A DNA stretch of 47,473 nt from Octopus bimaculoides. Lineage: Eukaryota. Below the pieces are notes generated by a model. The model made no database searches and was not told the origin of the DNA. It worked only from the letters and a program-made list of their open reading frames with translations. The position numbers and the translations under genes were made by a program. Positions within the stretch are counted from its first letter, which is position 1, and every line of letters starts with the position of its first letter. The stretch covers positions 170,272,542 to 170,320,014 of the forward strand of contig NC_068981.1 of assembly GCF_001194135.2 (NCBI RefSeq), read 5' to 3'. Shown here one piece after another: positions 38,604 to 47,473 of the stretch.

Positions 38604-39650
38604 TCATAAAAATCGTAATTGCTTGCAAGAACGCGGTATTTCGTTTTGAAGCAATAATATATTACCAAATATATTAAAGGTTTATTTGTCAATATTGTAC
38701 CTTATTTTTGTGTTACCAATGCGATGTTCTCAGTTTAAAGTTTAACTGTATAGATGTTCTGTCGAATTCAGAGCTATCACTGAAAGTTATGACGTTTTGC
38801 ATACGTTTATGTGAACAATGCGACCCGAGATAGGAAAAATAAGTGATTGGTGTATATACATATTTCAAAAGTTATTGTTCTTTCATCAACACCATATTCA
38901 ACCCATTAACTATTCACGAACGCTTTGCTTAAATACCTACTACGTTTAACGGCATAACACTAGTGGATAGAGCAATTTACACATTAAACACATTTCTGGT
39001 AGCTGGTACGAGAATATTAATTGCCGGCACAATATTGACTTGTAAACCATTAATATGATTGGTAGTATATTATGGCTGCAAATGAAATACTATGTCCTTC
39101 TATCATTTACATTCACTAATACTCTCAGATGGCGAATAAATATTTATCCAATAACACAAAGGACAAACAGTACAGATCCAACACAACCATTATGAAGGCA
39201 AGTTTCTTTGAGAGAGAAATTTGTAGGGCTTTAGATGCAAACGTAACTGATGGACTCACTAAATTGTCAAGAATAACTTGGGGATTATACAATAATCTAA
39301 GAAAAATCATGCATAGCATATGATGCTTGCTGAATCAGTATACACGAAGATATACATTCACTAATGATTTAGTGTGCGTTAATAACGAACATAATTCCTT
39401 TTAATAGTAGCCAAATCTCCCTAAAACCACAACTAAAGAGCGAAACAAATGACTTTAGATATTCTACATACACCATTTTTCATTGATCACTCCCACCTGC
39501 ATAGCATATGTATTTTATACTTATGCATATACAGTATAGGAATATATAATATAATGATATCAAATCAATATAAAACTTGGTATCATAAAGATAAAATATT
39601 CCTACTAGTTTAATTATACACACGCACATACGTAGAGGTATATATATAAA

Positions 39651-39685
<35 letters not shown>

Positions 39686-40299
39686 NNNNNNNNNNNNNNN
39701 NNNNNNNNNNNNNNNNNNNNNNNNNNNNNNNNNNNNNNNNNNNNNNNNNNNNNNNNNNNNNNNNNNNNNNNNNNNNNNNNNNNNNNNNNNNNNNNNNNNN
39801 NNNNNNNNNNNNNNNNNNNNNNNNNNNNNNNNNNNNNNNNNNNNNNNNNNNNNNNNNNNNNNNNNNNNNNNNNNNNNNNNNNNNNNNNNNNNNNNNNNNN
39901 NNNNNNNNNNNNNNNNNNNNNNNNNNNNNNNNNNNNNNNNNNNNNNNNNNNNNNNNNNNNNNNNNNNNNNNNNNNNNNNNNNNNNNNNNNNNNNNNNNNN
40001 NNNNNNNNNNNNNNNNNNNNNNNNNNNNNNNNNNNNNNNNNNNNNNNNNNNNNNNNNNNNNNNNNNNNNNNNNNNNNNNNNNNNNNNNNNNNNNNNNNNN
40101 NNNNNNNNNNNNNNNNNNNNNNNNNNNNNNNNNNNNNNNNNNNNNNNNNNNNNNNNNNNNNNNNNNNNNNNNNNNNNNNNNNNNNNNNNNNNNNNNNNNN
40201 NNNNNNNNNNNNNNNNNNNNNNNNNNNNNNNNNNNNNNNNNNNNNNNNNNNNNNNNNNNNNNNNNNNNNNNNNNNNNNNNNNNNNNNNNNNNNNNNTAT

Positions 40300-40351
<52 letters not shown>

Positions 40352-40354
40352 ATA

Positions 40355-41075
40355 TATAGGGCAGGGACTCATTAATTAGTAATAAAATTAATAATTAACA
40401 ATTTTGCCGGGTAGCTCAGTATGAAAAAACCTTATCGGTAAAACCATTTATAATCATAAATATATAGGGATTAGCAGTATCCTCCTTCTCCAACATACTG
40501 AGAATTCAGAAATAGCAGCCAAATAACTACTGATTCCAAAACTACAAATTTTTCTCTAATTGATAGCGATATTTATGGTACACACATAACAAAAAACAGA
40601 AGAGAAGAGTAATACCTCTAAGGTGGATAGCTAAAGCGCAACAAGTCGTACGGGACTTTTTTCTATGCGGGACCATTTATGACACACACTGAATTAAATT
40701 CATTGGGGTAAGAGATTTTAAACTCACTGGCCAATAAAATTCTTAGTGTCTGCCTCACGTGGTCTTGATGTCGCATGGTCAAAATTAACGTGAGTTATTT
40801 AGACGTTGGCAAATTTATTACAATATTGTGGCTGAAGATCGGAATGGGGAAATTCATACCCTTAACTGTGAAACGTCGTACCCAATTAACTAAATGCAGG
40901 TTTGTTTTTTTACTCTTCTCTTCTATTTTTTGTTCTGTGTGTACCATAAATATCGCTATCAATTAGAGAAAAATTTGTAGTTTTGGAATCAGTAGTTATT
41001 TGGCTGCTATTTCTGAATTCTCAGTATGTTGGAGAAGCAGGATACTGCTAATCCCTATATATTTATGATTATTAT
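40355..41075. mobile_element. Inverted-repeat element (163-bp arms, about 98% identical) flanked by (GATA)n on both sides
   Basis: 40450-40612 is the reverse complement of 40910-41072 with 3 mismatches by eye; spacer about 297 bp; (GATA)n at 40300-40351 and 41078-41128. Confidence 0.85.
40825..40886 (+). ncRNA. Second hammerhead-like motif (weaker)
   Basis: ATTG(T)GG-CTGAAGA-[31 nt, weak stem II]-GAA-AC-GTC-GT-A-CCCAAT. Core and GUA triplet are canonical; stem I is bulged and stem II poor. Confidence 0.45.
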
Positions 41076-41129
<54 letters not shown>

Positions 41130-42305
41130 TACAAACTATATAATTTATATAATAATTTATATAATATATATATATTATTATATCTACATATAAAATATAT
41201 ATATATATATATAATTTTCGGGAACGTCTAGTACATTCATAAGCAGAATTATCCACAGTGTCCTTTAATTTACCCTCATAAAAATCAACACCAACATTAG
41301 TCTACCATTTCTTAATAGACTAATGTTAAAAATTATTACTATCGTCACTATTAAGAACTCCGTGTCCATACATGCATGGTCTATTTTCAGTAATATTAAT
41401 TAAATGAAAGGCTTTGATGTTCGTAAAATCTTCCGTGGATCATTGTACTGACAATATTATGAGTGACAGATCGAAAACAAAATTTATTTTTATACCAAGT
41501 ATTCAAAGTAATTACATTTGTTGTACCTTCTCCAACACAACAGACTTCTGACATATCTGTCTGTATTAGTTTCTGATCTGTTAGTGATAAACATCTTGTT
41601 AATAGTTGTGATGGTGATGATTATACTAGTAATAAATTATGCCTATAGTGTTTGCAATAATCATGTCTGAACTTAACGTGTATGTAATACAGTCTCTTTT
41701 TAAGTGTGATCGTGTTTACAAGTTGTTTTTAATATCTTATTGTTGATTGATAATGCCGGTCGTTTGGTGATAGTATTAGTATTATATATATTTCCAAAAT
41801 GGTCTTATCGTATTTCTTGCATCGGCTCACCAAATGAAATTATACTAAGCGAGGTATTTGTCGGAATTTAATGTAATACGAGATTAATATTCGTGTCTCT
41901 TGAAAGTGATACGTGGCACAGAAACAATATGATGTGCTGTGTTTTATCTTAAGGAAAGTAATTAGAATTTAGGACAAATTAATGCCATAAAAATATTCGT
42001 GGAAATCAAAAAGCAGATGTAAATCAGACAGCTAGACTGGACTTTAGAATTAGAAAATAATCACAGGCCGCTGTTTTTAGTTTAAAAAAAAATCTTTTAA
42101 TAAGATTATGTAAAATTTCCTCTAGGAAAAAGTAACATTTTCGAAATAACGGGTTGAATTTCGAAAAATTGCCAGACGAGTTCTTATTAACTATGTTAAG
42201 ACATCGTCGATGAAATAAAATGAAATATCATTCAAATAAAATGGTTAGTTTAAACTATGATTCTTACCCACTCAACATATTTCTCTGTTTTTTAAATAAC
42301 TACAA

Positions 42306-42347
<42 letters not shown>

Positions 42348-42348
42348 G

Positions 42349-42401
<53 letters not shown>
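42306..42401. repeat. Compound microsatellite (ATT)n to (ACT)n
   Basis: Seen directly. Confidence 0.97.
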
Positions 42402-42403
<2 letters not shown>

Positions 42404-42527
42404 GGCGGTGAGCTGGCAGAGTCATTAGCACGCTGGAGGAAATGATTAGCGGTATTTCGCCTAGCGCTACGTTGTGAGTTCAAATTCCGCTGAGGTTGAC
42501 TCTCATCCTTTCGGTGTCCATAAATTA
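42402..42527 (+). mobile_element. SINE family C 5' part, truncated by the inverted-repeat element
   Basis: GGCGGTGAGCTGGCAGAGTCATTAGCACG...GAGTTCAAATTCCGC (B box)...TCATCCTTTCGG; the rest of the SINE is missing. Confidence 0.8.
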
Positions 42528-43527
42528 TGCATGCATATATGGGTACAGGACGTCAAAAAAAAAACCTGAACAAAATGTGAAACGAGAACATAAAAGACAA
42601 AAACATGGAAAACGAACTTTTTTTTCGAACGACGAAAGAAACAAATAGGGAAACGAGACAGGCAACACGAAGAACATTCCTTCATCAGTTGTGTCCCGTT
42701 TTATGTACTCCGCGTTTCGAACGTAGGGACAAGACGTGACTTCGTTAAAGCAGTCGTTCTCGCAAAGCAACTTATAAATAACATGGGGATTTGCGGAGGG
42801 TTAAAGTGGTGACAAAAACAGGGCAGTAAGAACAAAACGGTAAAAACAAACGGTAAGGGCTGTTAATCCATAACGAGGTGAAGTGGTGACCGCTGGAGAA
42901 ACAAGCTTTGAGAAGAAATAGGCAAAAGCACGTCTTTTCTTTAGGAAGGAAGTGGAAGAAAGATAGATAGCCGTTGGTCATGTGTGAGCAACGAGAGAGT
43001 TAAGGTGGAAGAGTGAGGGAGAAGAAGGGAACGGTGAAGGGGGAGAAGAAGTATTAGAGAAGGAGTGGGAGAGAAAAACAGAAAGGTGTCTATCTGTCTT
43101 TCTTCCACTTCCTTCACAAAGATAAGACGTGCTTTTGCCTGTCTCTTCTCAAGGCTCGTTTCTTCAACGTCACCGCTTCACCGCCTTAGGTTTAACAGCC
43201 CTTACCGTTCGTTTTTACTGTTTTTTTCTCACTGTCCTGCTTTTATCATCACTTTAACCCTCTGCAAATCCTCCCCATTTTTTAATTTGCTTTGCGGGAA
43301 CGACTGTTTTAACGAAGTCGCACCTTGTCCCTACGTTCGAAACGCGGAGTACATAAAACGGGGGACAACTAATGAAGGGAATATTCTTTATGTTGCTTGT
43401 CTCGTTTCACTATTTGTTTCTTTCGTTGTTCGTAAAAAAGGTTCGCTTTCCATGTTTTTGTTTTTTATGTTCTCGTTTCACATTTTGTTCACATTTTCTT
43501 GACGTCCTGTACACATATGTGCATGTA
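42528..43527. mobile_element. Long inverted-repeat element (about 440-bp arms, purine-rich spacer of about 116 bp)
   Basis: 42528-42971 is the reverse complement of 43088-43527 (ends GTACAGGACGTCAA / TTGACGTCCTGTAC; shared TGTCCCTACGTTCGAAACGCGGAGTACATAAAACGGG); roughly 80% identity by eye. Confidence 0.88.
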
Positions 43528-43722
43528 TATATACAAATATATGTAGGTATGTACATATATGTATATTCCTATCTATGTATATCTATGTGTGTATATATAT
43601 ACACACATATATATATATATATACATATATACTCACACACAAGTATATATATACGCACACATATATATATATATATAATATACATATATATATACATACA
43701 TATATATATATACGCACATATG

Positions 43723-43814
<92 letters not shown>

Positions 43815-43824
43815 NNNNNNNNNN

Positions 43825-43859
<35 letters not shown>

Positions 43860-44786
43860 TATATAAATATAATACACACACAGAAAAACATACATACACA
43901 AATACATAAAAGAGTGAATGCGTTATGCTAAGATAAATCTTGAAAGTTGACAAATATCACGCCCTCGGCGAAAATCAAATCAAATTTTCACGTCTGACTT
44001 GCCATTTATTGGAACCGTAAAATCGAGATAGGCAATCGAAAACAGATTCTAGAGCAGCATAAAAATAGCAATCCCATCCAACACTATCAGTAGACATTAA
44101 ATTCTAGTTCCTCTAGGTCATCTCGAGTACTAATTACACATCTTCCTACATTACTTTCCTATCCCGTTTATATCATTGCTCTGACTTCTTTTCGTAGATA
44201 AATATTATGATTATAAGTTGTGTTGGTGATAAATCTTGTTAGTTTTACTTTCGTTAGTATCAGTTACCTTTATGGAATTTGACTGCGATGTGATTCTAAT
44301 TGAACTCATGTTGATTACCACCCATCTAAAATAAGCTGCATCGTATTATTGTCATCAATCAACATTTCGGTTGTTATTGGCACTATCACAACACGAAACT
44401 TTTTCCATTGCGTTATCTCTCTATAAAATCCACAATATATATTGCGCTATTACAATAACACAATAAGACTATATTTACACAAATACAATAACACAATCGC
44501 TAGATTTCGATTATTTATGCATTCATAGATTTATTTATTCATTCAAAAATAGCAAGTAAGTAAATAAGATCAAATCATGTCTCTTTGTTTGAGCAATCAA
44601 GTACTTTCGTTTCTATTTATATTCACATTAGAGAGAAACGAAATGTTTTACTAAATCAAAATCAAATACATTTTTTAAAGCTAATTAAAAAAATTAAACT
44701 TTATACGTTATTCTCTTTTTATTTCTATCATACATGTACATATATATACATATACATATATATATATATATATATATAAGTATGTA

Positions 44787-44831
<45 letters not shown>

Positions 44832-44917
44832 NNNNNNNNNNNNNNNNNNNNNNNNNNNNNNNNNNNNNNNNNNNNNNNNNNNNNNNNNNNNNNNNNNNNN
44901 NNNNNNNNNNNNNNNNN

Positions 44918-44953
<36 letters not shown>

Positions 44954-45639
44954 ATATTATTTTTTGTCTTGAGGAAAAAAGAAAATGTAAGTGTGAGGAG
45001 ATTGTCTTTTTGAGTGTCTGGCACCTCATTATTTGTGTAAAGTTGTTAAGATTTTGCTGTTAAAATTTGTTTCATCTTTCTTAACCAATATTAAATAAGT
45101 ACAAAATATACGCAATTTTCAATCAAAAATCAATTACTTTAAACTATGTTTTGGTGAATATATACGGCCATCAAACAAATATTTTTTCCTTGCCTTTTTA
45201 TTTTTCTATTTATATTTTCTTATACATGTGTGTGTATGTAAATACATACATATATATAAGCATACATACTCGTACATGTACATATACAAACACACACACA
45301 CGCATGTACATACATATATATATATATATGTATATATGAATATACATACATGCATACATGTTTGTGTGTTTGTGTGTCCTGAGTTCAAATTGCGCCACGA
45401 TTCATTTTATATTTCATACTTCTGCGCTCAATAAATCGAAGTACCATTTAAATTACAATTGGCGATTGGGAATGGCATAGCGACCAACGCATGATAGAGT
45501 CGATATTGACTCTAAACCATTTTGCGAAAATGAAACTTGAGCGCTGCAAAATTCGATCCTTTGTAAACTGCATTGCCTTGTGTTGGTCGATTCCAACGAG
45601 TGTTTTTTTTTTTTTTTTTAGTTTCCAATGGCTATTTAC

Positions 45640-46540
45640 TCAATTATTCGTGGATTATTTTGCGAGAGACAGGAGACTGTAATTCATTTTAGAAATACTT
45701 GCTCACGTATTGGTCCTGCAGTTTTTCGGGAAATAATACCACGGTCAACGTCACATTTATCACTGAATGTATTGTCCCCCAACTTATGGAATATTTGTGG
45801 GCCCAGTTTGAACTGGTAGTCAGTGGACATGTAAACGTCTGTCTTATTTGGTTGGGTGAAGTCATCTCAAGCATGGAAGTCGTCAGGACGTGTTTATAAG
45901 TTGACAGAACAATCCCCGATGAAGAGTACTTTGAGAAAAGCTTGAAATTTGTAAAGCCATTGCAGATAGCCCAGGAACTTCCCTTGTGGTAATCACGTCC
46001 ATTTAGGGTTTTTTTTTTTTTTGCTTATTCGTCTTCAGTATGTAAAAACATATGTAAGAGCATAACAGCCACCACATATCTACGGAGTGACTTACCGATT
46101 AAATAGCTTTGAGCGTACATCTATCGTCTTCAGAAAAAAAAAAATTGCCTCGTCCTCATTTATAGGAGTCAGTGTGTAGCCATATGAATCGGTGATAACG
46201 GGCTTAGAGAGTAAGAAAATGTGTTTATATGTGTGTATGTGTATAAAGCAAGACCGATGATTGACTACCAGGCCGCTGGTGATGATGCTACACACCGTAC
46301 TAATCATGTCTGTCGGGCATGTGGAAGGGAGTGTGATTCAGCAGGAGGACTTAAACGACACGCAAAGGTACCTGGAGCCCAATTACAACAACAGACAGCT
46401 ATTGCCAGTAAAGGTTTTGGATGCCAACTCTGTGCAAGACATTGTAGATCTTTGGCTGGGCTAAAAAGTCACATTCAATCACAGCACTGTTAAGTTAAGC
46501 TTCGTGCAATGGCCATACTGGATAACGTGGCGGCAGCCAT
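45640..46540 (+). mobile_element. 3' end of an RTE-clade LINE with C-terminal C2H2-like zinc fingers and microsatellite tail
   Basis: LIWLGEVISSME (cf. LRWLGHV.RM) near 45843; then HVCRACGRECDSAGGLKRH and CQLCARHCRSLAGLKSHIQSQH* (stop at 46493); short 3' UTR ending GGCAGCCATCA followed by (TGTGTA)n. Confidence 0.72.
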
Positions 46541-47171
46541 CATGTGTATGTGTATGTATGTGTGCGTGCGCGTGCGTGCGTGGGTGTGTCTGTGTGTGAG
46601 TGTGTGTATGGGTATGTATGTCAGTGCAACAAAAACAACGAGTAGCAAACGACAACGAATTCTCCTCTCCTGTAGGTTATCTCTTCATTCCTTTTGTGGA
46701 GATGAGCACCAGACACAAGCCGTGAAGATCAACAAATATGTTCAAGAAGTGAAAAAGATTAATCCGATTTTCATCTTTAGCACGCAAAACACTGCATTTG
46801 TGTAGACAACTTGATGAAAATCGGCCGGTGCAGACAAAACCATAAATATGTTATCCAATATTTACGCCAGAAAGTACTGTTTTCGCCGAAGCAAATGCAA
46901 TCGTGTACCATAATCATAATAAAGGAAGTACAAATAAATTATAGTCTTAAATTATAACTGAGAAATGTGAATAAGATGTTTGCAGAAGTAATATTCTAAT
47001 TTAAATTGGAATTTGGAGGGGAATTATAAATGTAAAAAAAATAATATGTCCGTTTAATAGAGTCTCCATTTGTTAAGAATAACATTTTTGAAATGAACAA
47101 TATTAATTGAACAAGTTGCTTTTTGCATGTAGTTATATGCACTATCGAAACCCGCTCAATTTCAACGGATT

Positions 47172-47190
47172 ATGCAAGATGTTGTTGCAG

Positions 47191-47261
<71 letters not shown>

Positions 47262-47275
47262 GCTGTTGCTGTTGC

Positions 47276-47324
<49 letters not shown>

Positions 47325-47397
47325 ATTGTTATTGTTATTGTTATTGTTATTGTTATTGTTATTGTTATTGTTATTGTTATTGTTATTGTTATTGTTA

Positions 47398-47473
<76 letters not shown>
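47172..47473. repeat. Compound microsatellite (GTT)n/(GCT)/(GTT)n to (GTTATT)n to (ATT)n
   Basis: Seen directly; runs to the window end. Confidence 0.97.

Noticed and set aside
13430-39323. Possible host exons: acceptor at about 13450, donor ATG|GTAAGT at about 16580, CAG|ATG ORFs at 25281 and 39129
   Set aside because: Isolated splice-like signals with no recognisable protein similarity or consistent exon chain; RNA-seq would be needed.
43290-43385. Hammerhead in the arms of the 42.5-43.5 kb inverted repeat (GAAAC..GTA and CTGATGA/CTAATGA motifs)
   Set aside because: I could not close stems I and II in register for any topology; at best a decayed relic.
613-44917. Long ORFs in the track (e.g. 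613-1674, 12207-13160, 31170-32315, 39614-40372)
   Set aside because: They are read-through of N gaps or translations of (TA)n, (CA)n and (ACT)n repeats, not genes.
46221-46493. Host C2H2 zinc-finger gene
   Set aside because: No TGEKP linkers, and it is colinear with RTE LINE motifs and a LINE-type tail.
1-47473. CRISPR array, prokaryotic operon or defence system
   Set aside because: No regularly spaced direct repeats with unique spacers and no prokaryotic gene density; the sequence is metazoan repeat-rich DNA.

Overview
Eukaryotic, AT-rich, microsatellite-saturated DNA with 14 assembly gaps (about 4.1 kb of N). I can support no intact host gene, rRNA, true tRNA or CRISPR array. Most of the ORF track is gap read-through or microsatellite translation. 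The repeat families look like those of an Octopus-type (coleoid cephalopod) genome; this is recognition from memory, not a database result. The window is a transposon graveyard. It holds two RTE-clade LINE relics, a CR1/L2-like RT fragment, three abutting Tc1/mariner relics (DD36E, DD34D-type and DD37D), a Chapaev/CMC 5' end, a Helitron Rep fragment, a probable piggyBac relic, three tRNA-derived SINE families and four inverted-repeat elements. Most interesting: (1) a complete type I hammerhead-ribozyme fold with variant core at 36827-36875 (-) and a weaker one at 40825-40886 (+), both in ORF-less elements wedged between microsatellites, suggesting Penelope/retrozyme-like mobile RNAs; (2) a 600-bp MITE with 8-bp TSD, nested inverted repeats and a central back-to-back telomere-repeat hairpin, inserted in a SINE; (3) a DD36E (Incomer-like) transposase relic in an apparently molluscan genome.
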